Below, piece by piece: positions 8,262-23,200 of a stretch of 56,117 nt of DNA. Each line of letters opens with the position of its first letter. Positions within the stretch are counted from its first letter, which is position 1. The translations under genes and the position numbers were made by a program. The stretch spans positions 1 through 56,117 of the IMG/VR virus record IMGVR_UViG_3300042868_001938. One strand, written 5' to 3'. The notes below the pieces were generated by a model, which saw only the letters and a list, made by a program, of their open reading frames with translations, made no database searches and was not told the DNA's origin. The DNA comes from a virus (taxonomy: Duplodnaviria > Caudoviricetes).

Positions 8262-11200
8262 TTAGCTGATATCCGTATTTAAGAATATTGCGGCTGCTGT
8301 CTGACTAATTTGTAGAGGGTCACCGTCGGTTGTATTATAAACATACGAATTCCACTCTTTATTATACTGAGTGTTAGTCATTCTATTTGAAGATAATATA
8401 CCAAATACTTCACTGTACAATGGAATTACTGCTTGCTCACCTGTACCGTTTGCTCCTCGCTGTAGACCAGATAATGTGTTGGTTGCTAAATTAACAGATG
8501 TGAACTTGATTTGTTCACCGTTAATATAGACTAAATTACCCTCAATTACAGTGATTACTAGGTCATCCCCGGTGCTTACACCTGCAGTAATTACTAGCGT
8601 AGGGGCTAGATTGATTACCTTTATAGTGTAAGAAGTTACCATCATTCCTGTCGTAGTGTTATATACGCTAATTGCAGAAATTATGTTCTTATCAGCAGTT
8701 ATACCAACATGATAATTACCGTTTACTTCCGGTGATGGGGTCGTAGTATTCTCAATTACAGAATCGGTAATTCTAGTAACATCATGTACTTGGATACTTG
8801 ATGATGTGTTATACAATGGCTGAGTCAACCAAGTTCTAGTTAAGGTATTAGCTCTGTATACTGACGCTTGATTGGTTTGATTTACATTCAACAAGTAAAC
8901 TTCTTCATTAGGTGTTGCACTTGGAATCATACTAGTTATGATTACTTCGTCTGCACTAGTGATTGGGGACAATATACTAACTTGGTTATTAGGATTTAAT
9001 CTCAATGAACTAGAAGGAACTCTGTACCCGTTAACAGTTACCCATAATCTATCAACGTTATCCTGCTCCCATTGAGTCATGTTGAAAGTTTGAGAATCAG
9101 CAGTTAGTGCAAATTCTGTTCCGCCACGTGTCTCAGAAACAGAGAATTCACCCACGTTGAAAATTTCTCTGATATAATATGTTGTACCTACAACGATACC
9201 GCAATCTAGTACATCTCCTATCTGAGTTCCAAATAATGAGAACAGAATTGGTGTTCCCACTGTCATTGATGTAGTATCGCCTAATATTCTGTGGCTACTT
9301 ACAACAACAGTTGTTCCGGTAGAAACTGCTGTGACTAACGGGAAGATATTTTGAATCCAAGTATAACCACCACCTGTATACGCAGAGATTTCAGTAATTG
9401 GATAGTTTACTGCGGCGTATGAAGAATCGTATGGCTCAGAGTACAAATCAAATTGTATTGAATTAATCACTTTTACATAGAATATTTGATTGTTCAATTG
9501 CGTTGATCCAGTAGTACCGTCAATCATAACAATATCACCATCTGAATAACCATGAGCAGTAACAGTTGTTACACGAACAGCAGGTTGACCTCCAACATAA
9601 GCAACAATCAAGCCTGTCCCTGTAGTCAAGTTCACAATAGTGCCGGCTTCATTTTCAATAGTGAAGTGGGTGCTATCAATAACAGCACGTACAAAGTAAA
9701 CAGTACCGTTAGTAGCTATAGAACCAAAACTAGTGCCTTTGAATTCTATTGTTTGTCCTACAATAAAGTTAGTAGTAGATGCACAAGTGATATATTCTGT
9801 TGTACCGTCAGTTGCAGTTACGTTTGTAGATGCAATTGGTGCAGAAATAGCGTTAGTTATATCTGCAATAGAAGATACTGTATTACCGGTTATACCGTAC
9901 TGAGTAGTTAGATATTGACGCAATGTAATGTTATATGTTGTTACTGATATTACTGAACCCAAAGAAGGTGCAGTTGTAAAGGTAACTGTATCGGTGTATG
10001 AATCAATAGTATACTCAGTATCACTTACACGTATTCCGTCAATCTCCACAATACCACTGGTAACGTTGTCTAACTCATTATTGTTTAGTAAAACAAATAC
10101 ATCAGTTGAACCGTCACCTTCAAAGTATTGTGTTTCGGGAATAGTATATCCATACTGCTCAGGCGCAGTTTCTCCAAACAATGTATATGTGATATAATCA
10201 ACATCAGTGTCGTATTGGCTTGCAAATATTAACTTTGCTGACACACCATTGGGAGCGATACCAAATGCATAATCATTTGTTACAAATGATGCACCACCGG
10301 TAGCAGTAGTCAATGCCAAGTCAGTACCCGGATAAGTTTCAGAAACGGTAAACTCGTTAGCATCATATATGCTGTTAATATAATATACAGTCTGTGGTTG
10401 AATCACACCACCAAACATAGTGTCACTGAATACAATAGGAGTTCCTAAAATCATTGATCCAGTAGTGTTACATGTAATTGCATTGTTTAGGCTACTTGTT
10501 TTTGTAACTGTACCGGTTGTTCCGTGCAATAGTTTAACACCATTATGATATAATAAAGGATCAGTGTACGTAGTTCCAGTACCAACGTTGATAACAGCAA
10601 TCATATTACCTGTATCGGAAGTCAATGCTAGCGTTGGGCCTGCAGTACCTGTAGAAAGATTGTATGTCAATGATACAGTAATTTTATTAGTTATAATACT
10701 TACTGTTTTAACGTAGTAAGTTGTGTCCTCAGCAATTCCCCCAAACACTGCTCCTTGGAATGTGATAGGGTCATTAATATTAAAGTCACGTATGTTATCG
10801 CATAATATAGTGTCTGTTACAGAGTCCGTCACAGACGCAGTTGCAAATTTTTCATTTGTTCCCGATTGGATGACCCCTGATCCATTGAATATTGTACCTG
10901 TGTAATTACAGTTAACATATATTTCATTCCAACCAGTGACTGTGTTTATGCGAAGAGGATCTGTTTTTGTACTAGCCTTAACTAGTTGGTCTCCATTACC
11001 TGTTTCATATAAGTCAATACGTAATTTATTAGTTGGAGTACCACCTAAAGGAGCATTTAATGTTATGGTAGATGTAATCCAGTTGATACTATAATCAGCC
11101 GTAACACTGTCATTGTTAGGACCAATTAATGTAGTACTCAATCCAGTTGTTCCATCTATCGCAAACACAGCTAACTGTGCAGGAGTCTGAACTAATTCTG

Positions 11201-14200
11201 CAAAACTATATATTGTTTGGGTAGCTGACTCAGGAGTATATTCTCTAGAAACTACATCGTAGCCCGCATGTGCATATGTTTCAACTGACCAGTTAGTACC
11301 AGGACGAGTTGCAACTATCATAGTTACATTGTCTGTCACTACACCAGGAACCAATTCTTCTGGACCGTATCCATACATGAACTCGTTACCCTGAACATCA
11401 TAGATTGTAGGGTCTACCGTGAACAATGAGATGCTTTCCCACGTAGATCCGTCATCACTGCTTTGTAGAATAACGTTGTTATCCCCTACAACAATCCACA
11501 CAGAGTCATCGGCGTTAAACATAACTCCGTTTAGTTTTTCTGTAGTACCTGATGTTTGAGTTGTCCAAGAATAACCGTCACTTGATGTTCGGATGATACC
11601 ATTGTCACCCACTGCCATAAATAATGAGTTAGCAAAATAAACATCGTTCAATGTGTCAGTCTCTGGGTAGAGATACATCTGTGTTGCTACTGTTGGTTGA
11701 GCAGAAGTCAATGTTAATGTACTGCCACCCAATGATGTAGATATAGTGACTCTACTTGATGAATCAACTGTCTTAATCCAGTAATCTGTACTAGCAGATA
11801 TAACACCAAAAGAAGTTGTGAATCTAATCTTATCATTTACTGCGAAACCTAATGTACTTTGTACACTAACTTGATTTGCAGTGACGAATGAACCGTACAC
11901 TAATGTTTCGGATACACCTAACCATAATGCTCCGTTAACACTTGAGTAGATAACACCGTCTTCACCTACAACGATAATTAAACTACCGTTGTCAGTTGCG
12001 CTATTAAATCCTTTAGTAGTTAATGAAGGGATAGTGCTCCACTGATAACCAGTAGTACTAGTCATTAATATGTTAGTGTCAACAGTTTGAGTTACACCAG
12101 TAGAGTAATCGTATCGCTGACCTTTACCAACTGCTACAAAACCTGCAAAGCTAGTAACTGCAACACCATCTACTCCGTTAAACTGATTAACTAAATCATC
12201 CGGGAAGAAATATGTTTCTCTCCATACGTATGTGTCAGTACTTGTGACAATATTTTCACCTACTGCTACCCATAGACCCAATGAATCAGAATAACCCACA
12301 CTATTCAATGAGATAGATGCTACTTCCAAAGCAGTTACATCATATGGGAAATCATCATACGGAGTCGAACTATACGGTGTATACTGTCCGTTTGATGTCC
12401 AGTCTGTTCCGTTGTTACTTCTGTAGATAGGTGTCGCTGCGTTGCGTGTGGTCAATACATAGTATCCACCTGCATATAGCATATCTGTAAAGTTTAGAGA
12501 TGTGTTGGCTAATTTATCAATAGTCCACTCGTCACCGGGGGCACTTGCTATGATAGCAGAGTAATCAGGGGTGTTAGATGCGCCTAAATAAGTCAATCCG
12601 TCCCATGTAATTGAAACGTTGTCTACTTCAGTAGGATAGAAAGGCTGATCTTGTAGGATAGTATCAACTTCAAACTGTTGCTCTGGTGCGAACGCATTAC
12701 CCAAATATGTACTGTCTGGATAAGTGATTCCCTCAACTAACTGTGTCAAGTCTAGACCCGGCATGTTAGCTGTAGGTTGATAGTAGCCCACAATTCTGTC
12801 AAGTGCATTTAGATATCTATCACCGCTGTCTAATAGTTCCCACTTACCAAATATGAAGTCTGTGTCATTGTTACTGATGATACAACGATATACTCTGTTA
12901 TTGTATTTGACAACACTCTGATTGAATGAGAACGGTTCCGGTAACAATGCAAAGTCACCTGACTTAGCCATTGTAAATGACAAGTCTGTTTCTGTTCCTA
13001 CATCAAATGATGCGCCGCCTACTGTTTCACTAATAGTAAATGTAGGAGTTAGTGTCTTGATATAGTATGTAGTTCCTAATTCAATATTACCCGCAACTGT
13101 ACCAGTGAAGACTACTGGATCGTTGACACTGAAGCCAGTTAAACTATCTACTGTAATATCATACGTGTCAAGTTCAGTCACAGTGGTTGAAGTAACGCCT
13201 TGATACGGGAAGTCTATTCCACTTACAGGGATAGTCATCAATGAATTTGAATATACTCCAAACTGATTAGCCGACAATACTCTGAAATAATATTGAACAC
13301 TAGTTCCTGCAGGAGTGCCAGAACAAATTACAGAAGTAATTGCACCTGTACTACTTACTGAGTCTACTGTTAATGTTAAGTCATTTGCAGTAGTTGACCC
13401 ACCAATGTCATTACCTGAAATAGTAATAATATTATCAACTGCATAACCAGTTGCACCGTCTTCAATCGTAACTCTATATCCACCTAAAATATAACTTGCA
13501 TCAAAGCTAGGTGTTCCGATTGGTGTCTGTGTTAAAGTCACAGGACCTGTAGCGGTAGATAAAGTTTCTGCTGTTCCACCAAGAGTCTGTGATACCTGTA
13601 TGTATGGTGAACCAGTTCCTACCATTGTTCCGTTGTCATTTGACATTACTGTTTCTGCACCGCCGGGGGTATTAGTTACAGTGAATGTAGTAGATGTTGA
13701 GATAGACTTGACGTAATACTCAACTGACAAATCTATAGTTCCTAAACCAGTACCACTGAATATGATTGGCATGTCTACATACAATGATGCAGTGCTAGTG
13801 CATAGTAGTGCGTTACCAGTAGAAGATGTGTTAGTTACAGTAACTGAAATGTTACCATGATCTACAATATAGTATTGAGTACCTGTAGTTAGACCACCAA
13901 TGTTTGATGCCACTTCGATTGGCATATTATCATATAAGTTAGTCAGTCCACCGCTTGTTTCTGTAATAGCAATTCGGTTAACAGTAGCTAATGTCTTTTC
14001 AATAGTTCTAGTAATCAAGCTACCATCTGTTCCAGTAACATTGTTATACTGTTCAGATGTGGGGTACAACGTGAATAACTGACCGTTAACTTGACCTGGA
14101 CTGACTGGTAATGAAACGTTCATTGTCATGTTACCAGTAGCTGTAGTTAATGTGACTGTATCAGACTGGCTTGTCATCAAGGCTGAAGTATTAGATGCCG

Positions 14201-17200
14201 CAACTATATCTGTTGTTATGTCAAAAGTTCCACCATTTACTACTGAAGAAATAGTAAGTTGTGTTGGATTAATAATTGAACTTACATAGTATGTTGTTCC
14301 ATCTTGGATGCCACCAAAGTCGGTTACTGCGGAACCAGCAATCAACATATTGTTGAAAATAACAGGATCATTTATATTTAAATCTAGAGTAGATTCACAA
14401 TTTATGATATTAGTTGATGCAGTAGCAGAGTATACAGTTACAGATACCGGATCTTGATTTTCAGACATAGTAAATGTCTGAGAATCGATAACAGTTGTAA
14501 CATAATATGTTAAGTTTTCAACTATACCACCAAAAACGTTACCTGTAAAGAAGATAGGCAAGTTTACATAAAATCCTGCTGTTCCCCCGGTACCTGTATC
14601 GTTTAGTGGTACTGTAATTGTATTCAATGTTTTCAGTGTGTTAGTTACATTGCGTATTCCTGGATAGTTAACCGTGATTACTGCGGTATTAGTAACTTCA
14701 CCAACAAAACATTGTAGTCCGGCTGCGCCGATAGTTTGTGTACCTAATGAGAATATTGAACCGTTAACTGTTGCAGAAATAGTAAAGGATATTTCACTTA
14801 ATACTTCTTTGACATAGTATGTAACATCATTCACAATATTGCTAGAACCAACTGCACCTTTAAATTTCACTGGCATCCCAACATAGAAACCAAGAGTAGT
14901 ACCAGATGCGTTTAACTCAAGATCAGACAAGTCAGGATTGTTTCCGTCTAGTGGAGTCAACAGAATACTATCATATGTTGCTTCAGTGCTCTTTACAGAA
15001 CGAATGAATGATGACCATGTTAATTCTTGGTCGTTGTCGACGGTAACTATTTCAAATGCTATACCTTGTGCGCTTGCTAAAATAGATTCAATTGGAGGCT
15101 GAGTAGTCTCTAATGTAATTACAGAACTAGCAACTGTTTGGCTACTGTTGTATGTACCTGCATAGTAGGATCCGTAGAACTTGCCAGCTAACCAATCTAT
15201 AACTTGTGAGTCATATGTGGTTCTATCAAAGCGAATTGCAATGTTGTTCTCTCTAACTGGGCTAGATGAGCTAATACATGATGCTCTTGCACCTTCACTG
15301 AATACGTGACCTACACCTGTCCCAGTAGAGTATAATTCAACTCTATCTTGATCCTTAACTGCATTGCTATATCTGCTATACAATGCGACAGTTACTGTTG
15401 GTACAGTCTCTAAAACTTTTACATAGTACCATTGACCAATAGACAACCCTTGAATAGGAGTAGTACCTGACATGACGCTATATTGCACTAAATCACCTGT
15501 TGCTAACAACGGTGCATATAATTGAATAGTATTTGTAGTAACGCTTACTTCACTTGAAGCAAATGTTACAGTAACTGCACTGTCAATTATAATTTCGGGC
15601 AAGACCGCATAACCTTTACCCGGGTTTACTACTGTAACGCTTAGTACAGAGTCTAGGTTCATAACCGCAACTAACTGTGCTAGTTCATCAGGTTCTGGAT
15701 ATATGGAAGTATCAATATATGCAGTAACCTTAGGAGGCTCTGCATACCCTCTACCACCATTCAATACTAGTACAGCAGGTAAGTCAATAGTAATGATCTC
15801 ACCTGGAATATGGGTCGATATGTCAGTACCATTCACTCCGCGGGTTAAGCCACTGATGATGTTTAAATTTCTGTCAACTGATGAGTATCCAATCAACTCA
15901 GTGCCGATCTTAACAACGCCGTTGATTGGGAAACCATATGCATTGTCAACTGCAAATGAGTGTGTGTTCAATGCTACATAAGTTGCTAGAACAGAGATAG
16001 GATAATCAGGCTGTCCTGTTATGCTTACACCGTAGTTGCTAAACCATTGTGAGTATGCAGGATCTTGCCAAATTGCACTATCAGATGAATACTGATTATC
16101 AGAACTTGGATTACCGTATACTAGTTCTGGAGTGATGTATTTCTCAAGTGCGGTGTTATACTTAGCTGGCAAGTCAAAGTCTGTAATGTCACCTTCGTAA
16201 ACTTCTGTCTTTGTGTACTTGAACAAAAATTCTTTAATAACTACATGATATGGTTTAACTTCATTCAAATATCCGGCTAAGAAATCTTGATTATCAGACT
16301 GGAATACTTCTAATGGAACTAACTCACGAATGGTATGTGCAACATCAACAAATGATGTTTTATTCAACCAAGGCAAGTAATTCTGTGATTCAATTGTTTC
16401 TGATTGAATGTATTCAAATAGAAGAATCAAACTTTGATTACGGTATATCAATAAGTCATTGATATAAATTTGCTCATTCAGTGCTCTAACAATGTAACGT
16501 GTTTCTTCAGACGGATATTCATCAAAAGGGTTCGTATCATAGAAGTTATCGCCAAATCCTAGTCTAGCCGCAGAGTAGTCCCACAATGCGCTATTGATTG
16601 TAATGGTTCCGTTGTTCAATCCAATACGAGTCCATGTACCATCTGTGTTCTTAATGTAAGTTTCTGCCTTACCATCACCGTTGGCTGCTACTCTAGCGAT
16701 AGTACCGGTATCAACTTCAAGTGCTGCTAAATCGGCATATATAGGAACTTGCACCGCAGACTTAGTGTTATCATTATAACCAATTGCCCACCAATTAGTG
16801 AAACTCCAATAGTTACTAGTATTATAGAACGCACCTGAAGTAGTTAAGAATGAAGTTCGGCGTGTTTCTGTAATAGGATACAATGACAAAACTTCATTCG
16901 CAAATGTCAAATAGTTTTTAAGTGCCAAGAATCTATTGATGAAGAAGCTTTGACGAGGACGAACTAATACACCTAACTGAACTGCTTTAGGTAAGTACGG
17001 GTTAGGTACCACTGCTCCTGTCTCATCAACACCACATAAGCTATCTAACATTCTGTCATACAAATATTGAGGACTGTCAGTAGAAGTCGTTGCAGGTAGA
17101 CCTGGCAAGAAGTCATCCGCATAATTAGCACGAATTAATGAATAACGTGAGTGCGGGACATCACCATTGTCTCCGGTAGCGTATCCAATGTGCAATACAG

Positions 17201-20200
17201 TATCGTTTGCATTGATGTATTCTGCACAGTTGTACAATGCAAATACGTTTGGTAACAACGGTGCAAAGTATGCAATACCTGAACTCTTAGGAGAAAGAAT
17301 ATATGCTTGAATCACAGAATCAGCTAATGTCTTGCCAATATTTTCAAACACAATATTAGTGTTACGAGCCCAGAAGAAGTAGACAGGTGTTAACGATCCT
17401 GAAGGATTAGAAATATAGTCTATTGAGTATACGGTTCTATCGTATGGTACTCCGGGGCCTACGTATGAGCTAGGTGGAACATTACTTGATATCCAAGTAT
17501 AAACAGCAACACTGCTACCCGGGAACAATGTTCCCCAGTACTTACTATTGTAAGTATTATCATTCTGGTGATAGTTTACAAATCTAACAGCAGATGTGTC
17601 GAACCAAATCTGTCCAACTTTATCAGCTTTCCAAGCTAATGGACGCTGTGTTGATTGTGCAACAGGTGTAGTATTGTATCCGGCTGGATCAATGTTAGAA
17701 ATGCAGTCAATGTTCTGTCTTACAGAACCTAGTATTTTTCCTTGCAACGGATCAATGTAATCCAAATTATCTAGTGTATTGTTTGTTTCAGCACTAAACA
17801 ATTGAACGTTTTGAATCTTATCAACATCTACTACTGCTGCCGAACTTCTATACACTGACCAATCAGCTTGTCCGGAAGTGTTTATGTATGTTACAACCTG
17901 ACCGTTGCTATCGCCGTTAGTCATGTTAGGTGTACCAACAATAACATGATAGTCAGAGAAGTCAACTGCATGACCATACATAGGTTGTGAGCCATATTCT
18001 TCATTCAATGCATTCACGCTTTGTGCATATGCAAACTTACCTGGAGTTAATAATGATTCGTTAGCTACTGATAGGTAGTCAAACATGTATACAGCACCTG
18101 CATAACTGAATGTGTCTATCCACTGAGTGGCATTGTTATCAAAGATTGTGTCATCGTCTTGATTCTCGTCATCGGAGAAGTCAAAAGTTGTTGCTACATA
18201 ACGTGTTCCTGTTGGCGCGCTAGCTACAAAAGACCCAGCTTGGTTAAATTGAACAACGTTACCAAATTGAGTAGGCCCTGTTTTATGCGGGCAAGTTATA
18301 ACTTGAGTTTGGGTGAATACAGAAATACCCAACTCAGCTAAAGTTGCAGTATTTGTTACTGCGATAGTTAACTTGTCATTAGGTGTCGATAGATCGGTGT
18401 TTATCAAGCTGATTACTAGTTTGCCGTTGATAGCACTAGCTTGAATATTAGTAATCTTAGAACTGTTAATATAGTTAGCCGCTACTGTTGCATTTCCTGC
18501 AGGTATGGATACTAGATACCCGTTCAATAGAACGTTCCTAGTTACTGTTAGTGAGCAATCAGTTGTACCAATTAGTACCCCGTACTTGCCGCCTGCGTTT
18601 GTATAGCGATGCACTGCACCTTCTTGGTTTTCACTGTTAAGTGCGAACGGTGCACCAACTATAATTTCACTAGCATACGTAGTTGTGTCAACACTTTGAC
18701 CAAAGTGTACACCAACTCTAGGTGTAGCTTCTGTCGTCAATGTTTGAATTTTTGTAAACTGATTACCGCTTACGTTTACAATATCGCCCGCATTGATTGA
18801 TTTAGTAACTATTACTTGACTGCCAACTACAGCGTAATCGTTATCTACAAGCAATGTTCCGTTAACGCTTACATACAACGGTGTGCTTTGTACGTTTACA
18901 ATCATGCCTGAACCACTATCAGTGTCTAATTCAAATACAGCACCGTTTCTAGTCAAAGAAATAGTAAAGTTTGTAGCATCCACAACTTGTTTAATGTAGT
19001 AAACTGTATTAGGATCAATATTACTTGATGCCAATACTGTACCTGAGAATATAACTGGTTGACCTAGAGTACCACCAACAAAGCCACTAGTACTCACGCA
19101 AGTAATTCTATTAGTTGAACTAGAAGTTGCTGAGGCTGCTGTGCTAATTGTAGTAGGGGTCCACGCTAATGTAAATGCTTGTTGACTTAATACCGGAGTA
19201 GTATATTGAGCTTCAATGTTTTGTACTACACGGTCAAATACATAAGTGTAACCCCAGTTATCTATTGTCGCACTATAATCTTGATTAGGTGCAGAAATTA
19301 CAACAGTATCACCATAGTAATCTGTAGCTATGCTATAACCAAACATGTCACCGGAGGCTAAACTAGCATCAGTTAGGTAAGTTACGTACTCATATTCTTC
19401 TGTCAACTGAGATAGTCTATACACATAAACTCTGTTTAAGTCAGTAGCAGAAATGTACAACCACTTCTTATCGCCTGATATTTCTACTGCACTTCCCCAG
19501 TTAGTAGAACTGTCTCTAGCTGTGATAGGACTTTGATATACAATCAAGTCATCAACTAGCGTTGTATTTTGTAAGTCATAGATATGAACCTGTGATGCAC
19601 CTGTTGGCTCAGAGATAACGAAAATGTTATCTGCATACGCAATTGATGAACCGAATGACGCACTGTGAGATATAGTTTGAACTAAATCATACACATTATT
19701 CAAGTCATTGTATGTGTAACGATATGCCTTACCGTCTCCTGCATCGCCTACTAAGTAACCCAAAACAGAAGTATACGCTACTGCACTACCGAATGTTACG
19801 GTGTTCTCTTTAGTAATTTCAGATTCGTATTGGTAGTTTATACCCTTGCGATAAACTGCCCATGCTCCGTCGTTATTAGTATCAACCCATACTTTGTTCT
19901 TAGTGAATTCACTGTCTAATAAAGGCAAGTTGATAATATCAGCAGGAGTATTGACTCGTTGAGATTGGAACTTAAATCCAACTCCTTGACCAGTAACATT
20001 AAGAATGCTTGGATTCAAGTTCAAATTAATGATGACTCTATATTGGTCGATCACTAGTGTAGCAATGTAATAACCATTAATAACGTTGTCAAAGTTTACT
20101 ATAGCAAATGCTTCGTACTTCTTTAACTTGTGCGGGTTAGTAAATGTTGCGGTTACTGTACCATTCAAATTATTTTTAATTAATACTACTTGACCCATTG

Positions 20201-23200
20201 ATGTAGGAGTGTACACTTGCCATGAACCAAGATAATCAGCTAACCATACATAATCACGCACATAGAAATTATCTATTGGTATTATAGTACCATTCTGATT
20301 GATAGCGGTTGCCATGTTGTTGTAAAAATAAGATACCATTTTTACATCATTGAAGTTTACGTAGCCGGCATCAGGAAACACTGTAGACGGGGTTATAGTA
20401 GGTATTGTTGCTAAAACATTTTCATCGGTTACTAGTCTACCATAATTGAATAATGAATATAATGGGATTTCTTGCTGTACACCTTCATTTGGTGTGCCAG
20501 TAGTTATTCCTACGATAGACGGATTACCAGTCATGTAATTTTCGTTGATTTTGAATTCAATAAAATTGTTGTTCAATACACCGCCGAACTCACCTGATAG
20601 TATTGCCCAGTTTTCATAGATATCGTAATCAATACCACCTTGTGGTAAGTTAGCACCCTTGAATGCATTGGTTGCATTACGAGTACCTTTATTCTTAATC
20701 ATGTTCTTGTAGACATTAATTTGAGTAATGTCTGTCAAATCCGCAAGTGCTAGATAGTCACGTGGACGATATCCAATCAAGCTAAAGCTTAATAAGTCTG
20801 CGTCATTTTCAAGGTTAGCTTTGTTTACGTCATAGTATAATGTAGATTCATATGAGCGTGTGGAACTGTTAGGTAACAAACCTTTTTGTATTTCGTTATA
20901 ATCAGTTTGCTTCCAATCACGTTCGTCAAATAATTCTTTTGCTTGAATGATTTTAGTAGCAATCCAATACTTGTTCTTGTACTTGACAATAGAACCAGTA
21001 GTGTACTTAAATTCTTTTGTCCACTCTACAATATTGTCTTGGTTTAATATAAAACCTTGTGCGTCAACTGTACCATTCCACTCAGCAGTCTTTGTTCCCT
21101 TAGTAAGAATACGTGTTTGACGTAGACCAGTGATAGTATTATAGATAATATCATTGAACAATGTTACGTTGTCGAATACAATGCCATGCTCAAAATTGCT
21201 TAGATTAAATTGACCATACGCAACGGTATCACCCTGATTCAGCGGTTGAACCGTGAAAGCAGTGCCGTCACGTAATATAGACAAGTCCTTTGATTGAATA
21301 GGATACAAATTCTGATTCAATACAAAGTTTTGTTGACGGAATGTTAATGGTTGTACAATGCTATTTTCTTTGTCAATTAACAACAATGAGGCTGCAGGGT
21401 TCATAGTAACGATACTACCTGTCTGCCATCCTGTCTGAGACCAGTATAAGAATTCAGCAACCATCTGGCGCCATGTGATTGGCAATCCATTTTCTATTTG
21501 GTCAAAAACAACACCCTGTGATTCTAAATATCTACCGTAGCTTTCGATGAACTGTGCAACTTCCTGCACGTTGTAGAACTCAGTGTTATACGGTACGTAT
21601 GATATGTTATCAGAATAATCATTTGCTAACTTAACGGTTGTCTTATCAACTTCAAGTGTATAATAATTACCGTTAATTAATGGATCTTGTACTGTAAAGA
21701 ATGCTTCAGTTTGTGAGTTACCAAAAACTGTATAGCCGTTCTTAGACAATTGTATAACTACACCACTGTAAACAATTCTAGTGAACGGTTGGTTATCATA
21801 TAATAGAACAGAGTAGCTTTCGTCAGGGATCAACAACGATGCATTTCTACTATTCGGAGTACCCTTTTCAACGTAGAACTTTAACAAGTTCTTATCAGTG
21901 AAGCCGGCAGCACGATATACTAAACGAACATCTAGGTTCTTTAACAAGTCTGATATGTTCTGTGTTGCGTCTATGCCAACTTGTTTTTCATAGTCAACTA
22001 TCCAGTTAATGTAACTAGTTTTAGCTGTACCGTTACCGTAGATTTCTATGTCACCTAGTACTAAATGACTTCTATCATTGACCAAGTACTGATTAAACTC
22101 CTCGTTATATTTGTAGTTGTCAACGTCTACTGCTAAGTTGAAGAACTCTGCTGGTTTGGTCAATGCAATTATACGCATCAAATCAAAAGGATATGAGCTA
22201 CTTCTACGGTATGAGAATTCTGCAGGACCCGCATCACCAACTTTCCAATCACGTTGGAAAATATTACTGTTGTAATTGCCTACGAGTGATACAAAAGGTG
22301 ACACTAAGTTACCTGCACTATCCACTGGCAGTACGTCTAGTAATTGAGGACGTATTGCTTGTTCGATAACAACTGGGTCACCGTTATTCCAATTAATACC
22401 TGCTGCCAAATCACCCCATAACACTAAGTTGTCACTTGTGTATGGTGCAGGACCGTATCGTGTTGCCCACCATGATGGCATGTTTTTAAAGCCGAGCATT
22501 TCCCAAGGACTTGTGTCGGGAGTACTAGTATCGTAGAAATATTGATACACCCCTCTCCAGTTTCCTGGTTGGATAACGGCTTTATTAATTTTGTTTCCAC
22601 TTTGATAGTAATTCCAAGTGAATTCGTCTTGCTTATTAAAGATTTGACGTTTGTAATTTATTCTGTTTTGACCTACCCAATTCAAGAATGTTTCTGAATA
22701 TATTTTCAAGACTTCATCATACGTGTAATCTGTTTCTCTGAAGAAACCGGGTAATACCTCGTATTCCTGTACAGGAATAGTGTTGCTTAGTTTCAAGTTG
22801 TTATATACACGTGTTTCATACTCAAGCAAAGCTTGATCTCTGAAGTCAATCAATACACCTGTGACAGGGTCATACTCGCCGTATAATTTATTATATGAAC
22901 CGTCGTGTCCTTTAATAAAATATGTAGGGACATTGTATGACGAATCTAATACGACACTCGGAATTGATGCAGGATACAACCCCATCTTAGTAGGAGTGTT
23001 GGGTGCATAGCTACCGTATGTTTGATTATATTCTTTGATAATAATCTGATCGTTTGGCAATAAGTCTAATGTAACTGTCAATGACGGTGCTGTTGCACTA
23101 ACTGAGTAGTCAACATTTTTTACAAGCTGAGTGGTTTGTGTAAACCCATTAGTAGTTCTAACCAAGTATACTAGCACACCGTAATAATTTGCAGTAGCAA

